Assembly (NCBI GenBank): GCA_016176335.1 | Contig: JACOXI010000003.1 | Coordinates: 322,477-386,476 of the forward strand | Direction: 5' to 3' | Source: Candidatus Daviesbacteria bacterium | GTDB taxonomy: Bacteria; Patescibacteriota; Microgenomatia; Daviesbacterales; UBA10151 | DNA length: 64,000 nt | In this document: positions 20,223-29,595 of the stretch, piece after piece | Layout of the letters: every line of letters begins with the position of its first letter | Numbering within the stretch: the first letter of the stretch is position 1 | Notes under the pieces: generated by a model | Databases searched by the model: none | What the model was told of the DNA's origin: nothing | Seen by the model: the letters and a program-made list of their open reading frames with translations, nothing else | Made by a program: the position numbers and the translations under genes

Positions 20223-21692
20223 ATGGCTTTGCAGGATTTGCAAAAAGAAAGAATTAAAAAGTTAAAAAATATTCAGAGACTTGGGGTTGACCCTTTTCCT
20301 TCTAAATCCAATAGAAAACATACTATTTCCATTGCCCGAAAGATGATGGGCAAAAAGGTAGTAGTTGCAGGGAGAATTAGATCTCTTCGTCCTCATGGCA
20401 AAATCACTTTTGTTGATATTGAAGATGCTTCCGGAAAAATTCAACTATTTTTTTCCCAGGCAGAACTGCCTGGTGAAAAATATGAGTTTTTAACCAATCT
20501 TGATCTGGGAGATTTTATTGAAACAAGTGGTGAAATTTTTAAAACTCAAGCAGGGGAAATTTCAGTTCGGGTTTCCAATTATAAATTGCTCACAAAAAGC
20601 TTAAGACCTCTTCCTTCTGCATGGTATGGGTTGGAAGACGTGGAAGAAAGATACAGGCAAAGATATGTAGATTTAACAATGAATCCAGATGTGAGAAAAG
20701 TTTTCGAGATAAGACACCAAGTTATTAAATTAATTAGAAAATTTATGGAGGATAAAGGATTTGTTGAGGTAGAGACTCCAACTCTTCAGCCAATCTATGG
20801 AGGAGCAACTGCCAAGCCATTTACGACTCACCATAATGCTCTTGATACAAAACTATACTTACGAATTGCTGATGAGCTTTATTTAAAAAGGTTAATAGTT
20901 GGAGGATATGAAAAAGTCTTTGAGATCTGTAAGGACTTTAGGAATGAAGGAATAGATAAACAGCACAATCCGGAATTTACCATGATGGAATTTTATTGGG
21001 CATATGCAGATTATGAGGATTTGATGAGATTAACAGAGGAAATGGTATCAAGCATTGTCAAACAGATACATGGAAGTTTTAAATTTGAATTTGAAGGAGA
21101 AAAATTAGACTTTACACCACCCTTTAAAAGGATTTCATTTAATGATTCAGTTAAGCAATACTCTGGGATTGATTTAGAGAAGATTATTGTTGTAGATGAT
21201 CTAAAAAGATCAATTAAAAAAAAAGGGATTAAATTGGATTTAGATGGTATAGTAGGATTTGGTTCAATCTCTGACGAACTTTATAAAACTACTGCCAGAC
21301 AAAATATTAAACAACCAACTTTTGTAGTTGATCATCCTTATGAGATGAGACCCTTGGCCAAACGGAAAGAAGGAGAAGGTAACCAAACAAAATCTGCCAG
21401 TTTTCAGCTTTTAGCCATGGGATATGAATTAGTTAACGCTTACAATGAACTAAATGATCCGATAGAGCAAGAACGGCAGTGGAAATTTCAGATGAAACTC
21501 GCCAAGGAAGGTTTAGAAGAGCATCAAGTTTTGGATGAAGATTATATAAGAGCGCTAGAGTATGGTATGCCTCCAACTGCAGGATGGGGGATGGGAATTG
21601 ATAGATTTGTGTCACTTCTTACCAACCAACATACCATAAAAGATGTGATATTATTTCCGACGCTTAGATCAGAAAGGAAGAGGAAAAGATGA
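20223..21692 (+). CDS. lysS: Lysine-tRNA ligase, class II
   Basis: RYRQRYVDL, GGATAKPFTTHHN, FRNEGID..HNPEFTMME, GMPPTAGWGMGIDR. Confidence 0.97.
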   Translation: MALQDLQKERIKKLKNIQRLGVDPFPSKSNRKHTISIARKMMGKKVVVAGRIRSLRPHGKITFVDIEDASGKIQLFFSQAELPGEKYEFLTNLDLGDFIETSGEIFKTQAGEISVRVSNYKLLTKSLRPLPSAWYGLEDVEERYRQRYVDLTMNPDVRKVFEIRHQVIKLIRKFMEDKGFVEVETPTLQPIYGGATAKPFTTHHNALDTKLYLRIADELYLKRLIVGGYEKVFEICKDFRNEGIDKQHNPEFTMMEFYWAYADYEDLMRLTEEMVSSIVKQIHGSFKFEFEGEKLDFTPPFKRISFNDSVKQYSGIDLEKIIVVDDLKRSIKKKGIKLDLDGIVGFGSISDELYKTTARQNIKQPTFVVDHPYEMRPLAKRKEGEGNQTKSASFQLLAMGYELVNAYNELNDPIEQERQWKFQMKLAKEGLEEHQVLDEDYIRALEYGMPPTAGWGMGIDRFVSLLTNQHTIKDVILFPTLRSERKRKR

Positions 21693-22303
21693 CAAGAGAT
21701 GAAGCATACAATTTAATGATTCAGATGCTGAAAAGCAAAAATCTGCAAAAACACGGGTTGGCGGTTGAGGCGATAATGAGAGCGCTTTGTCAAGAATTAA
21801 GAATTAAGAATAAGCAAAGCTTGCGATCTAAAGATCTTAAAGAATTAAGCGATAAGGAATTTGATGAAGATGAATGGGCGATAGTTGGACTTTTACATGA
21901 TGCTGATTATGAGCTGGTGGAAAAAGATCCAAAAAGACACACTCTGGTAACTGAAGAAAAATTAGGAGAAATTGGTGGGGTTTCAGAAAGAATAATCAAT
22001 GGGATAAAAGCGCATCATGACGGGATTAAAGATTCTCGCGATAACCTAATGGAAAAGAGTGTGTACGCCTCTGATGAACTATCTGGATTGATTACAGCAG
22101 TAGCATTAGTCAGACCAGATAAGAAGCTGTCTTCGGTAACCGTTGAATCAGTCATGAAAAAGTTTCCCCAAAAATCTTTTGCAGCCGGGGCCAAAAGGGA
22201 ACAGATTTTGGCTTGTGAAAAAGAATTAAATATTCCTTTAGAAGAATTTGTGGGAATTGCTTTGAAAGCTATGCAGGGAATAGCAGGTGAATTAGGATTA
22301 TAA
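21689..22303 (+). CDS. HDIG-type HD-domain phosphohydrolase carrying a repeat-derived insertion
   Basis: KH.LAVEAIMRAL, GLLHDADYE, AHH, DELSGLI.A.ALVRP, FAAG. Confidence 0.88.
   Translation: MTRDEAYNLMIQMLKSKNLQKHGLAVEAIMRALCQELRIKNKQSLRSKDLKELSDKEFDEDEWAIVGLLHDADYELVEKDPKRHTLVTEEKLGEIGGVSERIINGIKAHHDGIKDSRDNLMEKSVYASDELSGLITAVALVRPDKKLSSVTVESVMKKFPQKSFAAGAKREQILACEKELNIPLEEFVGIALKAMQGIAGELGL
21812..21838 (+). mobile_element. 27-nt double-hairpin element in frame (KQSLRSKDL), inside an AAGAATT heptamer array
   Basis: AAGC-AAA-GCTT GC GATC-TAAA-GATC TT; 25/27 identical to the - strand copy at 57977-58003. Confidence 0.75.
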
Positions 22304-22893
22304 TGAATATAGCTGATTTAAAAAAGATTTTAAAAGTATTTCTGACTTTGCAGTGGGCAAAAGAATTGCCAAGACAGGGTTTTATTGCCATGGGTTTTAA
22401 AAGGAATGAGGCAGATTCTGTGGCTGCTCACTCTTTCTCCACAGCCCTACTCTCTTACTTTTTGGCAAAACAATTACAAAAAGAAGGGGTAAAAATTGAT
22501 ACTGAAAAAGTATTGAAGATGGGGTTAGTACATGATATTGGTGAGACAATTGTGGGGGATGTGGGAACTTTTGTAAAAGGAATGGCCGGAGGGGTTTTTA
22601 AAGATATAGAAGAGGAGGGAGTTAAAGCTTTAGTAAAAGATTTAGACTCTGAAGATGAGATTACAAAACTGGTGGAAGAATACAACCAAAGAAAAACTTT
22701 GGAGGCCAGACTTGTAAAAGCAGCAGATAATTTGGATGCTTTAGCACAAGCCAAAGGTGTACCCGGGGCCAAGGATGCGTTAAAATATTTTAAGGAGGTT
22801 TATCATATTACCAAATTTGACTGGCACAAAAAAGCTGTGGATTTAATATTGAGTGGGGAAGTAGAACCTGAAAGAAGTTGGCAAAAAAAATAA
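22303..22893 (+). CDS. HD-domain protein (YfbR/HDDC2 5'-deoxynucleotidase-like)
   Basis: PRQGF, DSVAAHS, VHDIGE.IVGD, EARLVKAADNLD. Confidence 0.85.
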   Translation: MNIADLKKILKVFLTLQWAKELPRQGFIAMGFKRNEADSVAAHSFSTALLSYFLAKQLQKEGVKIDTEKVLKMGLVHDIGETIVGDVGTFVKGMAGGVFKDIEEEGVKALVKDLDSEDEITKLVEEYNQRKTLEARLVKAADNLDALAQAKGVPGAKDALKYFKEVYHITKFDWHKKAVDLILSGEVEPERSWQKK

Positions 22894-22894
22894 T

Positions 22895-24127
22895 ATGTTA
22901 GACATTAATTTTATTCGGGATAATTTAGATAAAGTCAAACAATCAATCGATGCCAGAGCTATAGATTTGGATTTAGAAAACTTGGTCAAATTGGATGATG
23001 AAAGAAAAGAATTAATTACAAAAGTAGATGAACTTAGAGCAAAAAGGAATGTTGCAGCTAAAGCTAGGGATAAGGGGGAAGGAGGAAAGGTAAAGTCAGA
23101 ACTGAAAAGTCTGGAAAAGCAATTAGGTGATGTGGAGAGGGAATGGGATAAACTAATGCTTCAAGTGCCAAATATTATTTTGGATGAAGTACCAATCGGA
23201 GATGTAAAAGTTAATAAAGTTATCAGAAAAGAGGGGGAGATACCAAAATTTTCTTTCAAAATAAAAGATCATATAGAATTGGGAAAACTTTTGGATATTA
23301 TAGATTTTGAAAGGGGGGTGAAAGTTGGAGGATTCAGGGGATATTATTTAAAAAATGAAGGGGCAAGATTGCATTGGGCCATCTTAAATTTTGCTTTAGA
23401 TTATATAACCCAAAAAGGTTTTAAATTGGTTGTACCTCCGGTTATAAATCGCGGTTTTGCACTTTTAGGTGGGGGACAATTCCCCTGGGGCGAGGAAGAT
23501 ACATACAAATTAGAGGATGATGAATATTTGGTTGGGACCTCCGAGATTCCTTTGATGGCTTTGCATGCTGATGAAACTTTGGACATAAAGGATTTACCAA
23601 AAAAATATGTGGCGCTGTCCCCTTGTTTCAGAACGGAAATCGGATCTTACGGAAAAGATACCAAGGGATTATATAGGGTACACGAGTTCGTAAAAGCGGA
23701 ACAAGTTATTTTATGCGAAGCAGATGAAAAGGAAAGTCTGGGGTACTTTGAAGATTTACAGGATAATGCGGAGGGGATGTTGCAAGAACTTGGGCTTCCT
23801 TATCAGGTAGTTTGTTTATCAAGTCAAGATATGGGTAAAAAAGCAGCTTTAACTTATGATATAGAAACTTGGATGCCGGGAAGATTAGGATATGGAGAAA
23901 CACACTCAAATTCCATAGTGTTGGATTTTCAAACCAGAAGATTAAAGATCAAATATCGCGACAAAGATGGACAAGTGAGATTCTGTCACGCTCTAAACAA
24001 TACTGCTATTGCTTCCCCCAGGATTTTGATTCCCATTTTGGAAAACTTTCAGCAGGAAGATGGTTCTGTCAAAATCCCGGAAGTCTTACAAAAATACACG
24101 GGATTTTCCGAGATTAAACCTAAATAA
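22895..24127 (+). CDS. serS: Serine-tRNA ligase
   Basis: MLDINFIR, GTSEIP, CFRTEIGS.GKDTKGLYRVHEF.K.E, HALNNTAIASPR. Confidence 0.97.
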   Translation: MLDINFIRDNLDKVKQSIDARAIDLDLENLVKLDDERKELITKVDELRAKRNVAAKARDKGEGGKVKSELKSLEKQLGDVEREWDKLMLQVPNIILDEVPIGDVKVNKVIRKEGEIPKFSFKIKDHIELGKLLDIIDFERGVKVGGFRGYYLKNEGARLHWAILNFALDYITQKGFKLVVPPVINRGFALLGGGQFPWGEEDTYKLEDDEYLVGTSEIPLMALHADETLDIKDLPKKYVALSPCFRTEIGSYGKDTKGLYRVHEFVKAEQVILCEADEKESLGYFEDLQDNAEGMLQELGLPYQVVCLSSQDMGKKAALTYDIETWMPGRLGYGETHSNSIVLDFQTRRLKIKYRDKDGQVRFCHALNNTAIASPRILIPILENFQQEDGSVKIPEVLQKYTGFSEIKPK

Positions 24128-24128
24128 G

Positions 24129-24398
24129 ATGGCAACTATTGCAGAATTAGAGAAAGAAGTTGAAGCAATTAAACAAAGAAATAAGAGAGTAGAGAACGAG
24201 AAGTCTTGGGAAACTAGCTGGACTAGAAGAGTAGTGATAGTAATTCTCACATATCTGGTTACTTCTTTATTCTTTTTATTTGCCGGAGTATCCCAGCCTT
24301 TTATTAATGCCATAGTTCCTGCTTTAGCTTTTGTTCTATCCACTGCATCAGTGCCAATTTTTAAAAACTTTTGGTTGAAGTATATTAACAAAAAGTAA
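24129..24398 (+). CDS. Small two-TM hypothetical protein
   Basis: ATG 1 nt after the serS stop; short coiled coil, WETSWTRR, two hydrophobic helices. Confidence 0.75.
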   Translation: MATIAELEKEVEAIKQRNKRVENEKSWETSWTRRVVIVILTYLVTSLFFLFAGVSQPFINAIVPALAFVLSTASVPIFKNFWLKYINKK

Positions 24399-24405
24399 GC
24401 TAGAT

Positions 24406-25353
24406 TTATTGAGGTTGTCTAATTAAGTCTGCTGCGCGGGTGGCTTGTTGTGTTCCGCTTCCTTGTAACTGACCAAAGTTTGCTGATCCTGTTGCAGTGG
24501 GTGTAGGTTGAACAACAGGTGTTGGGATTGGTGCAGGAGGTTTGACTTGTTGACTGACAGGTGCAGTTTCCGCAGGAATACTTGTGGTTTGTTTAGGACT
24601 TTGTCCAATCCCTAAAATAAAGTAGGCAGATACTCCGGTCACTATGATTAATAAACCAACCCCAACCCCGATCAGCCACTTTGGAAAACCTTTATGTCCT
24701 TCTGTTGGAACAGTCGGAACTTCCGGTACACCATTGGCTGGCGCAACCACAGTTTCAGCTTCACTGCCGGCAGGTTTGGTACTTTCTGGCGGAGCATTGT
24801 TGTTAATAAGATGAGAGAGGTCAGTAGGTGCAGGTTCTCCTTCGAACGGATTTGGAGGTTTGGGGTTTTCCAAACCTTGGTCTGCAGATTGGATTGAAGG
24901 ACTGTTCTGATTAAACCAAGGCGGAGTAGTTTCCGGTTGCGGTTTTGGGGGGGAAGAGAATGTATCGACCGCATCTTGGGTCATGGGTGTAGATCCGTCA
25001 ATAGGAGGAGGTTGAGTAGGTGCTCCCCAAGGATTATCTAATGGAGAAGTGACAGGTTGTGTACTTTCTGTTGAAAGAGGAGTATAGGTACTGGGTTGAA
25101 TTGGAGAGGTATCAACCGGTGGGCTGTCCAACGGTTGGGGAGCAGGAGAATATGTTGGAGTTCCGCTAGGTGTCAAATCTTGTGGCGTGGTATTCACAGA
25201 TGAGGTTGGTTGAGGTTGAACCGGGTTTGGATCCCAAGGGGAAGGTGTTGAGGGAGGAGCAGGTAGATTGGGTGTTTGAGGATTCTCCCCACTGTTAGGT
25301 AAAGGTTGAGGAAGTGGATTATTTGATGGATTATTATTGTTTGAATTATCCAT
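24406..25353 (-). CDS. Pro/Ser/Thr-rich low-complexity single-TM protein
   Basis: Long P/S/T/Q/N-rich tract, one TM (WLIGVGVGLLIIVTGVSAYFIL), P/T-rich tail; start placed at MDNS. Confidence 0.8.
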   Translation of the reverse strand: MDNSNNNNPSNNPLPQPLPNSGENPQTPNLPAPPSTPSPWDPNPVQPQPTSSVNTTPQDLTPSGTPTYSPAPQPLDSPPVDTSPIQPSTYTPLSTESTQPVTSPLDNPWGAPTQPPPIDGSTPMTQDAVDTFSSPPKPQPETTPPWFNQNSPSIQSADQGLENPKPPNPFEGEPAPTDLSHLINNNAPPESTKPAGSEAETVVAPANGVPEVPTVPTEGHKGFPKWLIGVGVGLLIIVTGVSAYFILGIGQSPKQTTSIPAETAPVSQQVKPPAPIPTPVVQPTPTATGSANFGQLQGSGTQQATRAADLIRQPQ

Positions 25354-25437
25354 GAGGGCAGATATTTTAGTATTGTTAGTGTATAAACTGGAGCAACAAA
25401 TGTCAATGACTCTTTTATCCTGTATAATATGCAAGAT

Positions 25438-28173
25438 ATGCTAGGCTTTTTTGGCAAGTTATTGGATTCAAATGAACGTGAGATTAATAAGTTTAAACCT
25501 CTTGTTCAGACTATCAATTTACTGGAAAAAAAGTTCTCCAAGCTGACAGACAAACAACTGAAGGGAAAATTTGCGGAATTTAAGCTGCGGTATGAAAGGG
25601 GAAACTCTTTGGGTGAACTTTTACCCGAGGTTTTTGCGCTCGTTCGCGAGGCTGCAAAAAGAACAGTGAAACAACGCCATTTTGATGTGCAGATGATGGC
25701 GGCAATAACATTACATCAAGGTAGAATTGCAGAACAAAAAACCGGAGAAGGAAAAACTCTTTCTGCCACTCCGGCTATTTTTTTAAATGCGGTAACAGGT
25801 AAAGGAATACATGTTGTCACAGTCAATGATTATTTGGCAAGAAGGGATTGCGGATGGATGGGGCCGATTTTTTATGCACTGGGTGCAACCTGCGCCACAA
25901 TAGTCCACGATGCGGCCTTTATTTTTGACCCTAAATATAAGGATCCTGCCCGCGATGATAAAAGATTACAACATTTGCGGCCGGTTTCCAGAAAAGAAGC
26001 TTATCAGGCAGATATTACTTACGGAACAAACAATGAGTTCGGCTTTGATTATTTACGTGATAATATGGTTTTTAGATTGTCCGATCAATCACAACGCGGA
26101 CACTATTTTGCAATTGTTGATGAGGTGGACTCTATCTTGATTGATGAGGCAAGAACCCCTTTAATTATTTCTCAACCGGCACAGGAGGCAACAGATAAAT
26201 ACTACAAATTCGCCAAAATTATTGATTCTCTCGCACCTTCCGATTATGTGGTTGATGAAAAACTGAAAACCGCGCACTTAACAGAACACGGAATATTGAA
26301 AATAGAGAAGATTTTGGGGGTTGATAATTTATATGAGAAAGATTTTTCCACTCTTCACCATTTGGAGCAATCTTTGAAAGCCAAGACTCTTTTTGACAAA
26401 GATCGGGACTATGTGGTGAAAGACGGGGAGGTAATAATTGTTGATGAGTTTACAGGCAGACTTATGCTGGGAAGAAGGTACTCGGAAGGATTGCATCAGG
26501 CAATTGAGGCAAAAGAAGAAGTGTCAATTCAACAAGAATCGCAAACCTTGGCAACCATCTCTTTTCAGAATTATTTTAGAATGTATGAAAAACTTTCCGG
26601 CATGACAGGTACTGCGGCAACGGAGGCGGAGGAATTCAGTAAAATTTATAAACTGGATGTGGTTGTTATTCCCACAAACAATCCAATGATCAGGACAGAC
26701 CATCCGGACACAATTTACAAAACCCAATCTGCAAAATACACTGCAGTTGCAAATTTGATTGAAAGCTTGCATAAAAAAGGTCAGCCGGTTTTGGTAGGCA
26801 CTACCTCAATCGAGAAAAATGAATTTTTATCGGAGCTCTTGAAAAGAAAAGGTATCTCCCACGCTCTTTTGAATGCAAAAAATCATGAAAAGGAAGCAGA
26901 AATTATTGAAAAAGCAGGAGAAAAAGGTTCGGTGACAGTTGCCACAAATATGGCAGGCAGAGGTGTGGATATAGTTTTAGGTAAAAATGTTGATAAGTTG
27001 GACGGGCTTTATGTTATTGGAACAGAAAGACATGAATCAAGAAGAATTGATAATCAGCTTCGTGGTCGTTCCGGAAGACAGGGTGACCCGGGCGAGACAA
27101 GATTTTTTATTTCGTTGGAGGATGATTTGATGAGGATTTTTGGAGGAGAACAAGTTTCCAAGGTTATGGATTTTCTCAAAATGCCGGCCGATGTACCGAT
27201 CGAGCATGGCCTTGTTTCCAAAGCCATAGAAGGTGCTCAAAAGAAAGTTGAGGGACACAATTTTGATATTAGAAAACACACTGTTGAATATGATGATGTG
27301 ATGAATCAGCAAAGAAAAATTATTTATGAGGTAAGGAAGAAAATTTTGGAAGCGGCAGAAAGTGAGCAAAGCTCGAGCGCTCCGCGCACTAAAGGCACTC
27401 AACTCAAGCAGGAAATCTTAGAGAAGATAGAAAAAGAAATGCAAGCTCTGGTTACAATTTATTCTGAAGAAGGCATTGATAATAAAAAGATTATTGATGA
27501 ATTTTCAACAATAGTTCCCATTGATGAGGAAAGTAAAAAGCAACTTGTTAGTCAGATTTCATCTTTTTCAACAACAGATGAAGTCAGTAAATTTCTAACA
27601 AACCTGTCGGTACAATTTTATGAGGAAAGAGAAAAACAGGTTGGAGAGGATGTGGCAAGGCAAATGGAGGTATTTGTATATCTTAATACCCTTGATACGC
27701 TTTGGATTGAACATCTGGATACTATGGATGATTTAAGATCAGGAATAGGACTTCGGGGTTATGCACAAAGAGATCCCTTAATTGAATATAAGAGGGAGGG
27801 ATTTGAATTATTTGAAAAATTAATGGTGACTATAGATTTTGAAATAGTCAGGAGAATTTATAAAGTTGCCCTCCAACAACCGCCGCCGCCCAGTCAGGTG
27901 GAAGTTTTGGAAAAGCGCCCGGAAATAGAAATAGGTGTGGCAACAGAAAAAAAGGAAATAGAAGAAATTGCGGAAGGTAAACCTTTGAATGAAGTTTTGG
28001 AGCAAGAGAGCGGGGTAACCAAAGTAACTATTGAAAGAAACGGTCAAGTGATTGCTCAAGAGACTTATGGAGCAAGTGGTCAGTTAACTAAACCTCATGG
28101 AAAGTTGGGCCGCAATGACCCATGCTATTGCGGATCTGGTAAGAAATACAAACGCTGCCATTATCCAAATTAA
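25438..28173 (+). CDS. secA: Preprotein translocase ATPase SecA
   Basis: KTGEGKT, DEVDSILIDEARTPLIIS, ATNMAGRGVDI, RIDNQLRGRSGRQGDPG, SEC-C GRNDPCYCGSGKKYKRCH. Confidence 0.98.
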   Translation: MLGFFGKLLDSNEREINKFKPLVQTINLLEKKFSKLTDKQLKGKFAEFKLRYERGNSLGELLPEVFALVREAAKRTVKQRHFDVQMMAAITLHQGRIAEQKTGEGKTLSATPAIFLNAVTGKGIHVVTVNDYLARRDCGWMGPIFYALGATCATIVHDAAFIFDPKYKDPARDDKRLQHLRPVSRKEAYQADITYGTNNEFGFDYLRDNMVFRLSDQSQRGHYFAIVDEVDSILIDEARTPLIISQPAQEATDKYYKFAKIIDSLAPSDYVVDEKLKTAHLTEHGILKIEKILGVDNLYEKDFSTLHHLEQSLKAKTLFDKDRDYVVKDGEVIIVDEFTGRLMLGRRYSEGLHQAIEAKEEVSIQQESQTLATISFQNYFRMYEKLSGMTGTAATEAEEFSKIYKLDVVVIPTNNPMIRTDHPDTIYKTQSAKYTAVANLIESLHKKGQPVLVGTTSIEKNEFLSELLKRKGISHALLNAKNHEKEAEIIEKAGEKGSVTVATNMAGRGVDIVLGKNVDKLDGLYVIGTERHESRRIDNQLRGRSGRQGDPGETRFFISLEDDLMRIFGGEQVSKVMDFLKMPADVPIEHGLVSKAIEGAQKKVEGHNFDIRKHTVEYDDVMNQQRKIIYEVRKKILEAAESEQSSSAPRTKGTQLKQEILEKIEKEMQALVTIYSEEGIDNKKIIDEFSTIVPIDEESKKQLVSQISSFSTTDEVSKFLTNLSVQFYEEREKQVGEDVARQMEVFVYLNTLDTLWIEHLDTMDDLRSGIGLRGYAQRDPLIEYKREGFELFEKLMVTIDFEIVRRIYKVALQQPPPPSQVEVLEKRPEIEIGVATEKKEIEEIAEGKPLNEVLEQESGVTKVTIERNGQVIAQETYGASGQLTKPHGKLGRNDPCYCGSGKKYKRCHYPN
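27361..27390 (+). mobile_element. 30-nt branched double-hairpin element in frame in secA (SEQSSSAPRT)
   Basis: AGT [GAGC-AAA-GCTC] GA [GCGC-TCC-GCGC] ACT; GC-rich island in an AT-rich gene. Confidence 0.65.
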
Positions 28174-29568
28174 TTACTGTGTGTTATGCAGTATTAAGAC
28201 TTTATCTCTATCTTCTTTAAGAATCTTATAAGCATTCTTGGAGATATTAGGATTATTCAGACTATTTTTGCGAGTAATCATCAAAAAATCATCTTTACTC
28301 TGCAAAAGTGAAACAAGTCGTTCTATTTGTATTTGATCTACACGTTCCTTTTTTGAGTAAAATATTGCCGCGGGTACAAAATCTCCATCTATCAAAAGGG
28401 GCTGTGGATATTTACTTGCCTCTTCCGATAATATTGCCTCATCTGAAACAAAGGCGGGGATATCAATAAATTGATGCCAAATCATTTTAATTTGGTTAAA
28501 GTAAATTATTGCATTAAAGATTATAAAAATTGTATAGATTTGATATTTCCAATTTTTTAGGTATCTTTCCAAAACAGTAAAAGTAAATCCAAAGTAAACC
28601 AAGATTAAAATAGGGAAAGTAGGTATCAGGTGCCAAATTTGTATTTTGGGTGAGAAAGCAATTGGAGCCATAAAGGAAACAAAAAAAATTATAAATATGA
28701 AAAATCTCTTCTGTTTAAGGAAAACTGACAACATTATCGCTATCAAACTTCCCCAAAACCATTTTCCAATACCACTATGGAGATACTCTTTGGCAAGATT
28801 TAAGTTAGCAAGATAGGTAGAGTTAAAAGTTGCTCCGCGCAGGCCTATCCCTAAATAATTTCGGGTAAAGTTATGATCCTGAATTAGTTGAAGTGCAAAC
28901 CAACCTAATACAGTGGTTAAAAATAACACGACCGGTAATATTAAATCCTGCCACTTATATAGTTTATTCTTGTAAAAAATCAAAATGAGAGTTGGAATAA
29001 TTACCAGTGGTACCATAGTTTTTGTTAAAAATAATAAGACTAAACTTATTACAAGAGGAACAATAAATCTTTTATTTTCAATAGCCTTAATTGCCAAGAA
29101 AATAGTGAGAAGAAAAAACATGGTTAACAAAATATCAAGATCTCCAAGTCGGGATCTGTACACAAACCAAGTGGCTGAAGATAAAGCTATACCTGAAATT
29201 AAACCAACCAAAGGATTAAAAAGTTTTCTACCCAGGAAACAGAGTAGAATAATACTGATAATACCTGCTAATGCAGAAGGAAATCTGGTCCAAAACTCAT
29301 TTATCCCAAATATTTTATAAGTTAACGCCATTATCCAATAACCTGTTGGAGGATGATCAGTATAAAGACGATTGTTCCAGCTCAAGTTTATAATATTACC
29401 TGTTTTAAGAATATTTCTGGCCACTTCCGCATACCAAGCTTCATCCCAACTTACTAAGGAAGTCTGGCCTAATTTATATAGAAATAAAGGAAGCGTCAGT
29501 ATTACTAATACAGAAACGATTAGGTAGAATAAATAATTTGGGCTAATTGTTTTAAACGGTTTCATCAC
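28174..29568 (-). CDS. GT-C membrane glycosyltransferase (ArnT/PMT_2-like)
   Basis: WDEAWYAEVA, DHPP..YW, RFPSAL; multi-TM. Confidence 0.88.
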   Translation of the reverse strand: MMKPFKTISPNYLFYLIVSVLVILTLPLFLYKLGQTSLVSWDEAWYAEVARNILKTGNIINLSWNNRLYTDHPPTGYWIMALTYKIFGINEFWTRFPSALAGIISIILLCFLGRKLFNPLVGLISGIALSSATWFVYRSRLGDLDILLTMFFLLTIFLAIKAIENKRFIVPLVISLVLLFLTKTMVPLVIIPTLILIFYKNKLYKWQDLILPVVLFLTTVLGWFALQLIQDHNFTRNYLGIGLRGATFNSTYLANLNLAKEYLHSGIGKWFWGSLIAIMLSVFLKQKRFFIFIIFFVSFMAPIAFSPKIQIWHLIPTFPILILVYFGFTFTVLERYLKNWKYQIYTIFIIFNAIIYFNQIKMIWHQFIDIPAFVSDEAILSEEASKYPQPLLIDGDFVPAAIFYSKKERVDQIQIERLVSLLQSKDDFLMITRKNSLNNPNISKNAYKILKEDRDKVLILHNTQ

Positions 29569-29595
29569 AAGTAGTATATCATCATATAATTAGAT

